DNA of 45,372 nucleotides from Squalus acanthias (Eukaryota), in NCBI GenBank assembly GCA_030390025.1, contig JASTWF010000359.1:434001-479372 (forward strand). The letters are read 5' to 3'. How positions within the stretch are numbered: the stretch's first letter is position 1; each line of letters begins with the position of its first letter. Positions 1-11,400 of this stretch are shown one piece after another. The position numbers and the translations under genes were made by a program. Below the pieces are notes generated by a model that was not told where the DNA came from, did no database searches, and worked only from the letters and a program-made list of their open reading frames with translations.

Positions 1-200
1 AGGGGCAGTACTGAGGGAGAGCTGCACTGTGGGAGGGGCAATACTGAGGGAGCGCCGCACTGTCGGAGGGGCAGTACTGAGGGAGCGCCGCACTGTCGGA
101 GGGGCAGTACTGAGGGAGCGCTGCACTGTCGGAGGGGCAGTACTGAGGGAGCGCTGCACTGTCACGGGCAGTACTGAGGGAGTGCTGCACTGTCGGAGGT
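1..200 (+). repeat. End of a 33-bp minisatellite array internal to a Deu-SINE (runs off the left edge of the window)
   Basis: About 6 units of GGGGCAGTACTGAGGGAGYGCYGCACTGTCGGA, then exit into the SINE body at GGAGGTGCCGTCTTTCGG. Same unit as 2470-15490. Confidence 0.95.
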
Positions 201-520
201 GCCGTCTTTCGGATGAGACGGTAAACCAAGGCCCCGTCTGCTCTCTCAGGTGGATATAAAAGATCCCACGGCACTATTTCGAAGAAGAGCAGGGGAGTTC
301 TCCCGGTGTCCTGAGCCAAAATTTATCCCTAAATCAACGTAACAAAACAGATGATCTGGTCATTGTCACATTACTGTTTGTGGGAGCTTGCTGTGCGCAG
401 ATTGACTGCTGCGTTTCCTACATTACAACAGTGACTACACTCCAAAAATATTCACTGGCTGTAAAGCGCTTTGAGACGTCCGGTGGTTGTGAAAGGCGCT
501 GGAGAAATGCAAGTCTTTTT
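170..520 (+). mobile_element. SacSINE1-like DeuSINE body and 3' tail
   Basis: GGTGCCGTCTTTCGGATGAGACG..GGTGGATATAAAAGATCCCACGGCACTATTTCGAAGAAGAGCAGGGGAGTT..GAAAGGCGCTGGAGAAATGCAAGTCTTT. Aligns with copies at 15490-15670 (+) and 44572-45021 (-). Confidence 0.85.
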
Positions 521-533
521 TTGTTTCTTTCAG

Positions 534-627
534 ATATTTCTTCATTCCTTTTCCTTGGTCTCATTTCATCTCCGTCCTCTTCCTCTATCACCGCACTGAT
601 CACATCCCTAATGTCAGATCCTATTGA
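534..627 (+). CDS. Possible terminal coding exon of an unidentified gene (YFFIPFPWSHFISVLFLYHRTDHIPNVRSY*)
   Basis: Polypyrimidine tract + CAG (514-533), then an open frame (codons from 535) to TGA at 625-627, and AATAAA at 669-674. The peptide is not recognised. Confidence 0.3.
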
Positions 628-1339
628 GAAATGGCTGCTGCCGATATATTGATCTGTGTTGCAGTAGAAATAAAACCTGCTTCAAATAAGATTTGTAGCC
701 CAAGTGAAGTAAATGTTTCAAGAAACAAAATGAGAGAACAGCTTGAGTTCAAGTGAGATCTGCTCCAACCGGCCGCTTGATTCCCTTGGGGGGGCAGGTG
801 TATCACTGGAAGAGACCCAGAACTGCCGGTGTAACCAGCCCAGCTTTCCTCGAGGCACCTTCATGAAATATTCACGGTGCGCGGCCAGCTCTGATTGTGC
901 CCTGTAACGGCAGATTGTCATTGGTGCATGAAGGAGATGGTGAGGGCGGGGGGAGGAAATTCCAGTACTGCTGCAGCAATTGAAAGGGTCAATGCAGCCA
1001 TCTTGTGTCGGTAACAATGTGGCTGGTGCTTGTTCAGGACACTGAGCCCACAGAATTACAGGCTCTTCAGTTGAGGTGTTACTGTCTGTAATCCGGCAAA
1101 GGAGGATCCAACTTTTTGTCCCTGAGGGAAGGAGGCCCACAAAGGGCCTGATCCAGGCCCATGGAAGGAGGAGGCCTGCTCGATTAGGAGTCCCGTTGAC
1201 TCATGGATCAGATTGTAGCGCAGTTTGGTCGTTGAGTGTAGGTTCCTGAGCGGAGTCATGAGTCAAGTGTGCAGGGCATTGCCTTTGTCTCCAAGCAGCC
1301 AGCCTCTCACTTGCTTGGTGGGGACCCTGTGTAATATTC

Positions 1340-1845
1340 CATCCCCCTCCCTGGCCCACTGTCTGAGGCTGAACCAGACCCTTCACAACCTTGGCATCCT
1401 CTTTGACCCCAAGCTGAGCTTCCGACCTTATACCCTGGTCATCACCAAGCCCGCCTATCTCTGTCACATCCTCTAATTCTGGCCTCTTGAGTATCCCCAA
1501 TTTCCATCGCTCCACCATTGGCGGCCGTACCTTCAGCAGTCTAGGCCCTAAGCTCTGGAATTCCCTCCCTAAACCTCTCTCTCTTTCTACCTCGCGCTCC
1601 TCCTTTAAGACCGTCCTTAACAACAACAACTTGCATTTATATAGCGACTTAAACGTAGCAAAACTTCCCAAGGCGTTTCACAGGAGTGTAATCAGACGCC
1701 GAGCCACACAAAGAGATATTCGGACAGGAGACCAAAAACTTGGTCAAAGAGGCAGGTTTTAGCATTTGCTCACCTGCCCTAATATCTCCAATGTGGCTCG
1801 GTGTCCAACTTTGTCTGATTTACGCTCCTGTGAAGTGCCTTGGGA
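1340..1845 (+). mobile_element. Decayed, internally deleted L2-clade LINE 3' fragment (ORF2 C-terminus + 3' UTR)
   Basis: Translations HCLRLNQTLHNLGILFDPKLSF and STIGGRTFSSLGPKLWNSLPKPL..SFKT are typical L2 post-RT motifs. The 3' UTR resumes at 1763. Confidence 0.8.
1619..1762 (-). mobile_element. Inverted 3' end of the same L2 family embedded in the L2 copy
   Basis: Reverse complement reads CTAAAACCTGCCTCTTTGACCAAG..GCTATATAAATGCAAG(TTG)n and is homologous to 1763-1845. Confidence 0.8.
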
Positions 1846-2377
1846 GGAAGAGAGCGTGACAGCACCTCGCATTGGAACTCGGGTCAGCTCGCATTGTTCC
1901 TCTTTATTTCAGCGGCTTAACTGTCACAAGCCTGCCTGTAATTACTGTGTGAGGTGGGAGGGCGAGGGATAATCAGGGCGGGGGAGACCAGTTCACCCAC
2001 ACTGCTGTTTACACATTGTTTAGTAAACAACCCTTTGAAGTGTTGAGGTCTAAGCGATTACAGCGTCAGCAGCAAGCCAGCTTCCTGCAGCGACAGTTCA
2101 CACCGAGCGGGGGAGGGGGGCCAGGCTTTCATCAAAGACATCCCTTGGGATGTGAACTTTGATCCTGACTTCTACTGCACCGAGTCAACTTGAAGGACAA
2201 CATCAGCCCAAAGTTGCTCGTGTCACACTGCTGTCGCACAACCTGCCCGTACCTTGTGTCACTGCGCTGGAACTCTGTGGCACTACTCTCATAAACCTCA
2301 TATCACAATCTCCATTTGATAAAGTGCCGTGCGGGTCTCCCTGAGGCATGGCTGTTGATCAGTCCAAGTATTAGCCC

Positions 2378-2426
2378 TGCCTCAGTGGGTAGGACACTTG
2401 AGTCAGAAGGGCGTCGGTTCAAGGCC
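2378..2426 (+). promoter_or_regulatory. RNA polymerase III type 2 internal promoter (A box and B box) of the SINE head
   Basis: A-box-like TGCCTCAGTGG (2378-2388, one mismatch to TRGCNNARYGG) and B box GGTTCAAGGCC (2416-2426, fits GGTTCRANNCC). Confidence 0.65.
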
Positions 2427-2469
2427 CACTCCAGAGACTTGACGACATAATCTAGGCTGACACTCCAGT

Positions 2470-5400
2470 ACCAGTACTGAGGGAGCGCCGCACTGTCGGA
2501 GGGGCAGTACTGAGGGAGTGCGGCACTGTCGGAGGGGCAGTACTGAGGGAGTGCCGCACTGTCGGAGGGGCAGTACTGAGGGAGTGCCGCACTGTCGGAG
2601 GGGCAGTACTGAGGGAGCGATGCACTGTCGGAGGGGCAGCACTGAGGGAGTGTTGCACTGTCGGAGCGGCAGTACTGAGGGAGTACCGCACTGTCGGAGG
2701 GGCCGCACTGAGGGAGTGCTGCACTGTCGGAGGGGCCGCACTGAGGGAGTGCTGCACTGTCGGAGGGGCAGTACTGAGGGAGTGTTGCACTGTCAGAGGG
2801 GCAGTACTGAGGGAGTGACGCACTGTCGGAGGGGCCGCACTGAGGGAGTGCTGCACTGTCGGAGGGGCCGCACAGAGGGAGTGCTGCACTGTCGGAAGGT
2901 CAGTACTGAGGGAGTGCCGCACTGTCAGAGGGGCAGTATTGAGGGAGTGTTGCACTGTCGGAGGGGCAGGACTGAGGGAGTGCTGCACTGTCGGAGGGGC
3001 AGGACTGAGGGAGTGCCGCATTGCCGGACGGGCAGCACTGAGAGAGTGTTGCACTGTCGGAGGGGCAGTACTGAGGGAGTGCCGCACTGTCGGAGGGGCA
3101 GTACTGAGGGAGCGATGCACTGTCGGAGGGGCAGCACTGACGGAGTGTTGCACGGTCGGAGGGGCAGTACTGAGGGAGTGTTGCACTGTCAGAGGGGCAG
3201 TACTGAGGGAGTGACGCACTGTCGGAGGGGCCGCACTGAGGGAGTGCTGCACTGTCGGAGGGGCCGCACAGAGGGAGTGCTGCACTGTCGGAAGGTCAGT
3301 ACTGAGGGAGTGCCGCACTGTCAGAGGGGCAGCATTGAGGGAGTGTTGCACTGTCGGAGGGGCAGGATTGAGGAAGTGCCGCACTGTCGGAGGGGCAGTA
3401 CTGAGGGAGTGCCGCATTGTCGGACGGGCAGTACTGAGGGAGTGCGGCACTGTCGGAGGGGCAGCACTGAGGGAGTGTTGCACTGTCGGAGGGGCAGTAC
3501 TGAGGGAGTGCCGCACTGTCGGAGGGGCAGTACTGAGGGAGCGATGCACTGTCGGAGGGGCAGCACTGAGGGAGTGTTGCACTGTCGGAGCGGCAGTACT
3601 GAGGGAGTGCCGCACTGTTGGAGGGGCCGCACTGAGGGAGTGCTGCACTGTCGGAGGGGCTGCACTGAGGGAGTGCTGCACTGTCGGAGGGGCAGTACTG
3701 AGGGAGTGTTGCACTGTCAGAGGGGCAGTACTGAGGGAGTGCTGCACTGTCGGAGGGGCAGGACTGAGGGAGTGCCGCATTGTCGGACGGGCAGCACTGA
3801 GAGAGTGTAGCACTGTCGGCGGGGCAGTACTGAGGGAGTGTTGCACTGTCGGAGGGGCAGCACTGAGCCAGTGTTGCATTGTCCGAGGGGCAGTACTGAG
3901 GCAGTGTTGCACTGTCGGAGGGGCAGTACTGAGGGAGTGCTGCACTGTTTGAGGGGCAGTACTGAGGAAGCGCTGCACTGTTTGAGGGGCAGGACTGAGG
4001 GAGCGCCGCACTGTCGGAGGGGCAGTACTGAGGAAACGCAGCACTGTCGGAGGGGCAGTACTGAGGGAGCACCGCACTGTCGGAGGGGCAGTACTGAGGG
4101 AGCGCCGCACTGTCGGAGGGGCTGTACTGAGGGAGTGCTGCACTGTCGGAGGGGCAGCACTGAGCCAGTGTTGCATTGTCCGAGGGGCAGTACTGAGGCA
4201 GTGTTGCACTGTCGGAGGGGCAGTACTGAGGGAGTGCTGCACTGTTTGAGGGGCAGTACTGAGGAAGCGCTGCACTGTTTGAGGGGCAGGACTGAGGGAG
4301 CGCCGCACTGTTGGAGGGGCAGTACTGAGGAAACGCCGCACTGTCGGAGGGGCAGTACTGAGGGAGCACCGCACTGTCGGAGGGGCAGTACTGAGGGAGC
4401 GCCGCACTGTCGGAGGGGCTGTACTGAGGGAGTGCTGCATTGTCGGAGGGGCAGTACTGAGGGAGCGCCACACTGTCGGAGGGCAGTACTGAGGAGCGCG
4501 GCACTGTCGGAGGGGCAGTACTGAGGGAGCTCCGTACTGTCGGAGGGGCAGTACTGAGGGAGTGCTGCACTGTCGGAGGGGCAGTACTGAGGGAGTGCCA
4601 CACTGTCGGAAGGGCAGTACTGAGGGAGCGCCGCACTGTCAGAGGGTCAGTACTGAGGGAGCGCCGCACTGCCGGAGGGGCAGTACTGAGGGAGCGCCGC
4701 ACTGTTGGAGGGTCAGTACTGAGGGAGCGCCGCACTGTCGGAGGGGCAGTACTGAGGGAGCGCCGCACTGCCGGAGGGGCGGTACTGAGGGAGCGCCGCA
4801 CTATCGGACGGTCAGTACTGAGGGAGCGCCGCACTGTTGGAGGGTCAGTACTGAGGGAGCGCCGCACTGTCGGAGGATCAGTACTGAGGGAGCGCTGCAC
4901 TGTCGGAGGGGCGGTAATGAGGGAGCGCCGCACTGTCGGAGGGGCAGCACTGAGGGAGCGCCGCCCAGTCGGAGGGGCAGTACTCAGGGAGTGCTGCACT
5001 GTCGGAGGGGCAGTACTGAGGGAGTGCTGCACTGTCGGAGGTGCAGTACTGAGGGAGCGCCACACTGTCGGAGGGGCAGCTCTGAGGCAGTGTTGCATTG
5101 TCGGAGGGGCAGCACAGAGGGAGTGCCGCACTGTCGGAGGGGCAGCACAGAGGGAGTGTTGCACTGTCGGAGGCGCAGGACTGAGGGAGTGCCGCACTGT
5201 CGGAGGGGCAGCTCTGAGGCAGTGTTGCATTGTCGGAGGGGCAGTACTGAGGGAGCGCTGCACTGTCGGAGGGGCAGTACTGAGGGAGCGCTGCACTGTC
5301 GGAGGGGCAGTACTGAGGAAACGCCGCACTGTCGGAGGGGCAGTACTGAGGGAGCGCCGCACTGTCGGAGGGGCAGTACTGAGGGAGCGCCGCACTGTCG

Positions 5401-8400
5401 GAGGGGCTGTACTGAGGGAGTGCTGCATTGTCGGAGGGGCAGTACTGAGGCAGCGCCACACTGTCGTAGGACAGTACTGAGGGAGCGCGGCACTGTCGGA
5501 GGGGCAGTACTGAGGGAGCGCCGCACTGTCGGAGGGTCAGTACTGAGGGAGCGCTGCACTGTCGGAGGGGCAGTACTGAGGGAGCGCTGCACTGTCGGAG
5601 GGTCAGTACTGAGGGAGCGCCGCACTTTCGGAGGGTCAGCACTGAGGTAGCGCTGCACTGTCGGAGGGGCGGTAATGAGGGAGCGCCGCACTGTCGGAGG
5701 GGCAGTACTGAGGGAGCGCCGCACTGTCGGAGGGTCAGTACTGAGGGAGCGCCGCACTGTGGAAGGGGCAGTACTGAGGGAGCGCTGCACTGTTGGAGGG
5801 GCAGTACTGAGGGAGCGCCGCACTGTCGGAGGGGCTGTACTGAGGGACTGCTGCATTGTCGGAGGAGCAGTACTGAGGCAGCGCCACACTGTCGTAGGAC
5901 AGTACTGAGGGAGCGCGGCACTGTCGGAGGGGCAGTACTGAGGGAGCTCCGTACTGTCGGAGGGGCAGTACTGAGGGAGTGCTGCACTGTCGGAGGGGCA
6001 GTAATGAGGGAGTGCCACACTGTCGGAAGGGCAGTACTGAGGGAGCGCCGCACTGTCGGAGGGTCAGTACTGAGGGAGCGCTGCACTGTCGGAGGGGCAG
6101 TACTGAGGGAGCGCTGCACTGTTGGAGGGTCAGTACTGAGGGAGCGCCGCACTTTCGGAGGGTCAGCACTGAGGTAGCGCTGCACTGTCGGAGGGGCGGT
6201 AATGAGGGAGCGCCGCACTGTCGGAGGGGCAGTACTGAGGGAGCGCCGCACTGTCGGAGGGTCAGTACTGAGGGAGCGCCTCACTGTGGAAGGGGCAGTA
6301 CTGAGGGAGCGCTGCACTGTTGGAGGGGCAGTACTGAGGGAGTGCGGCACTGTCGGAGGGGCAGTACTGAAGGAGTGCTGCACTGTCGGAGGGGCCGGAC
6401 TGAGGGAGTGCTGCACTGTCGGAGGGGCAGTACTGAGGGAGTGTTGCACTGTCAGAGGGGAAGTACTGAGGGAGTGCCGCACTGTCGGAGGGGCAGCACT
6501 GAGGGAGTGTTGCACTGTCGGAGGGGCGGTAATGAGGGAGCGCCGCACTGTCGGAGGGGCGGTACTGAGGGAGCGCCGCACTGTCGGAGGGGCAGTACTG
6601 AGGGAGCGCTGCACTGTAGGAGGGGCAGTACTGAGGGAGTGCTGCAATGTCGGAGGGGCAGTACTGAGGGAGCGCAGCACTGTCGGGGGGCAGTACTGAG
6701 GGAGCGCCGCACTGTTGGAGGGGCAGTACTGATGGAGCGCCGCACTGTCGGAGGGGCAGTACTGAGGGTGCGCCGCACTGTCGGAGGGTCAGCACTGAGT
6801 GAGTGTTGCACTGTCGGAGTGGCAGTACTGAGGGAGTGCCGAACTGTCGGAGGGGCAGTACTGAGGGAGCGATACACTGTCGGAGGGGCAGCACTGAGGG
6901 AGTGCAGCACTGTTGGAGGGACCGCACTGAGGGAGTGCTGCACTGTGAGAAGGGCAGTACTGGCGGAGTGTTGCACTGTCAGAGGGGCAGTACTGAGGGA
7001 GTGCCGCACTGTCGGAGGGGCAGCACAGAGGGAGAGCTGCATTGTCGGAAGGTCAGTACTGAGGGAGTGTTGCACTGTCGGTGGGGCAGGACTGAGGGAG
7101 TGCCGCACTGTCGGAGGGGCAGCACTGAGGGAGTGTTGCACTGTCGGATGGGCAGTAATGAGGGAGTGTTGCACTGTCGGAGGGGCAGTACTGAGGAAGC
7201 GCTGCAGTGTTTCAGGGGCAGTACTGAGGGAGCGCTGCACTGTCGGAGGGGCAGTACTGAGGGAGCGCTGCACTTTTGGAGGGGCAGTACTGAGGGAGCG
7301 CCGCACTGTCGGGGGGCAGTACTGAGAGAGCGCCGCACTGTCGGAGGGGCAGTACTGAGGGAGTGCGGCACTGTCGGAGGGGCAGTACTGAGGGAGTGCT
7401 GCACTGTCGGAGGGGTCGCACTGAGGGAGTGCTGCACTGTCGGAGGGGCAGAGCTGAGGGAGTGTTGCACTGTCAGAGGGGCAGTACGGAGGGAGTGCCG
7501 CACTGTCAGAGGGGCAGCAATGAGGGAGTGTTGCACTGTCGGAGGGGCAGTACTGCAGGAGTGCCACACTGTCGGACGGGCAGTACTGAGGGAGCGATGC
7601 ACTGTCGGAGGGGCAGTACTGAGGGACTGTTGCACTGTCGGAAGAGCAGTACTGAGGGAGTGCCGCACAGTCGGAGGGGCCTCATTGAGGGAGTTCTGCA
7701 CTGTCGGAAGGTCAGTACTGAGGGAGTGCCGCACTGTCAGAGGGGCAGCAATGAGGGAGTGTTGCAATGTCGGAGGGGCAGGACTGAGGGAGTGCCGCAC
7801 TGTCGGAGGGGCAGCACTGAGAGAGTGTTGCACTGTCGGAGGGGCAGGACTGAGGGAGTGCCGCACTGTCGGAGGGGCAGCACTGAGGGAGTGTTGCACT
7901 GTCGGAGGGGCAGGACTGAGGGAGTGCCGCACTGTCGGAGGGGCAGCACTGAGGCAGTGTTGCATTGTCGGAGGGGCAGTACTGAGGGAGTGTTGCACTG
8001 TCGGAGGGGCAGTACTGAGGAAACTCCGCACTGTCGGAGGGGCAGTACTGAGGGAGCGCCGCACTGTCGGAGGGGCAGTACTGAGGGAGCGCCGCACTGT
8101 CGGAGTGGCTGTACTGAGGGAGTGCTGCATTGTCGCAGGGCAGTACTGAGGGAGCGCGGCAATGTCGGAGGGGCAGTACTGAGGGAGTGCCGTACTGTCG
8201 GAGGGGCAGTACTGAGGGAGTGCTCCACTGTCGGAGGGGCAGTACTGAGGGAGTGCCGCACTGTCGGAGGGGCAGTACTGAGGGAGTGCCGCACTGTCGG
8301 AGGGGCAGCACTGAGGGAGTGTTGCCCTGTCGGAGGGTCAGCACTGAGTGAGTGTTGCACTGTCGGAGTGGCAGTACTGAGGGAGTGCCGCACTGTCGGA

Positions 8401-11400
8401 GGGGCAGAACTGAGGGAGCGATACACTGTCGGAGGGGCAGCACTGAGGTAGTGCAGCACTGTTGGAGGGGCCGCACTGAGGGAGTGCTGCACTGTGAGAA
8501 GGGCAGTACTGAGGGAGTGTTGCACTGTCGGTGGGGCAGGACTGAGGGAGTGCCGCACTGTCGGAGGGGCAGCACTGAGGGAGTGTTGCACTGTCGGAGG
8601 GGCAGTAATGAGGGAGTGTTGCACTGTCGGAGGGGCAGTACTGAGGAAGCGCTGCACTGTTTGAGGGGCAGTACTGAGGGAGCGCTGCACTGTCGGAGGG
8701 GCAGTACTGAGGGAACGCCGCACTGTCGGAGGGCACTACTGAGGGAGCGCGGCACTGTCGGAGGGCCAGTACTGAGGAAGCGCCGTACCGTCGGAGTGGC
8801 AGTACTGAGGGAGAGCTGCACTGTCGGAGGGGCAGTACTGAGGGAGTGCCGCACTGTCAGAGGGGCAGCAATGAGGGAGTGTTGCACTGTCGGAGGGGCA
8901 TTACTGCAGGAGTGCCGCACTGTCGGACGGGCAGTACTGAGGGAGCGATGCACTGTCGGAGGGGCAGGACTGAGGGAGTGCGGCACTCTCGGAGGGGCAG
9001 TACTGAGGAAGCGTCGCAATGTTTGAGGGGCAGTACTGAGGGAGCGCTGCACTGTTGGAAAGGCAGTACTGAGGGAACGTCGCACTGTCGGAGGGGCAGT
9101 AATGAGGGAGCGCCGCACTGTCGGAGGGGCAGTACTGAGGGAGCGCCGCACTGTCGGAGGGGCTGTACTGAGGTAGTGCTGCACTGTCAGAGTGGCAGTA
9201 CTGAGGGAGCGACGCACTGTCGGAGGGCAGTACTGAGGGAGCGCGGCACTGTCGGAGGGGAAGTACTGAGGGAGTGCTGCACTGTCGGAGGGGCAGTACT
9301 GAGGGAGCGCCGCACTGTCGGAGGGTCAGTACTGAGGGAGCGCTGCACTGTCGGAGGGGCAGTACTGAGGGAGTGCTGCACTGTCGGAGGGGCAGTACTG
9401 AGGGAGTGCCGCACTCTCGGAGGGGCAGCACTGAGGGAGTGTTGCACTGTCAGAGGGGCAGCACTGAGGGAGTGCCGCACTCTCGGAGGGGCAGCACTGA
9501 GGGAGTGTTGCACTGTCGGAGGGGCAGTACTGAGGGAGTGCCGCACTGTCGGAGGGGCAGTACTGAGGGAGCGTCACACTGTCGGTGAGGCAGTACTAAG
9601 GGAGCGCCGCACTGTCGGAGGGGCAGTACTGAGGGAGCGCCGCACTGTCAGAGGGGCAGTACTGAGGGAGCGCCGCACTGTCGGAGGGTCAGTACTGAGG
9701 GAGCGCCGCACTGTCGGAGGGTCAGTACTGAGGGAGCGCCGCACTGTCGGAGGGGCAGTACTGAGGGAGCGCCGCACTGTCGGAGGGGCAGTACTGAGGG
9801 AGCGCTGCACTGTCGGAGGGGCAGTACTGAGGGAGTGCCGCAATGTCGGAGGGTCAGTACTGAGGGAGCGCCGCACTGTCGGAGGGGCAGTACTGAGGGA
9901 GCGCCGCACTGTCGGAGGGGCAGTACTGAGGGAGCGCTGCACTGTCGGAGGGGCAGTATTGAGGGAGTTTTGCACACGCGGATGGGCAGTACTGAGGGAG
10001 CGCCGCACTGTCGGAGGGGCAGTACTGAGGGAGCGCGGCACTGTTGGAGGGGCAGTACTGAGGGAGCACGGCGCTGTCGGAGGGGCAGTACTGAGGGAAC
10101 GCCGCACTGTCGGAAGGGCAGTACTGAGGGAGCGCTGCACTGTCGGAGCGGCAGTACTTAGGGAGCGTCACACTGTCGGAGAGGCAGTACTGAGGGAACG
10201 TCGCACTGTCGGAGGGGCAGTAATGAGGGAGCGCCGCACTGTCGGAGGGGCAGTACTGAGGGAGCGCCGCACTGTCGGAGGGGCTGTACTGAGGGAGTGC
10301 TGCACTGTCAGAGTGGCAGTACTGAGGGAGCGACGCACTGTCGGAGGGCAGTACTGAGGGAGCGCGGCACTGTCGGAGGGGCAGTACTGAGGGAGTGCTG
10401 CACTGTCGGAGGGGCAGTACTGAGGGAGCGCCGCACTGTCGGAGGGTCAGTACTGAGGGAGCGCTGCACTGTCGGAGGGGCAGTACTGAGGGAGTGCTGC
10501 ACTGTCGGAGGGGCAGTACTGAGGGAGTGCCGCACTCTCGGAGGGGCAGCACTGAGGGAGTGTTGCACTGTCGGAGGGGCAGCACTGAGGGAGTGCCGCA
10601 CTCTCGGAGGGGCAGCACTGAGGGAGTGTTGCACTGTCGGAGGGGCAGCACTGAGGGAGGGCTGCACTGTCGGAGGGGCAGTACTGAGGGAGTGCCGCAC
10701 TGTCGGAGGGGCAGTACTGAGGGAGCGTCACACTGTCGGAGGGGCAGTACTGAGGGAGCGCTGCACTTTTGGAGGGGCAGTACTGAGGGAGCGCCGCACT
10801 GTCAGGGGGCAGTACTGAGAGAGCGCCGCACTGTCGGAGGGGCAGTACTGAGGGAGTGCGGCACTGTCGGAGGGGCAGTACTGAGGGAGTGCTGCACTGT
10901 CGGAGGGGTCGCACTGAGGGAGTGCTGCACTGTCGGAGGGGCAGAGCTGAGGGAGTGTTGCACTGTCAGAGGGGCAGTACGGAGGGAGTGCCGCACTGTC
11001 AGAGGGGCAGCAATGAGGGAGTGTTGCACTGTCGGAGGGGCAGTACTGCAGGAGTGCCACACTGTCGGACGGGCAGTACTGAGGGAGCGATGCACTGTCG
11101 GAGGGGCAGTACTGAGGGACTGTTGCACTGTCGGAAGAGCAGTACTGAGGGAGTGCCGCACAGTTGGAGGGGCCTCATTGAGGGAGTTCTGCACTGTCGG
11201 AAGGTCAGTTCTGAGGGAGTGCCGCACTGTCAGAGGGGCAGCAATGAGGGAGTGTTGCACTGTCGGAGGGGCAGGACTGAGGGAGTGCCGCACTGTCGGA
11301 GGGGCAGCACTGAGAGAGTGTTGCACTGTCGGAGGGGCAGGACTGAGGGAGTGCCGCACTGTCGGAGGGGCAGCACTGAGGGAGTGTTGCACTGTCGGAG

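Noticed and set aside
718..1671. Minus-strand ORFs of 140 and 156 aa
   Set aside because: The 156-aa ORF is antisense to the L2 remnant. The 140-aa ORF has no recognisable features.
2368..2435. tRNA gene
   Set aside because: It has A/B boxes but no convincing cloverleaf or terminator, and it continues into SINE sequence. The same applies to 26190-26261.
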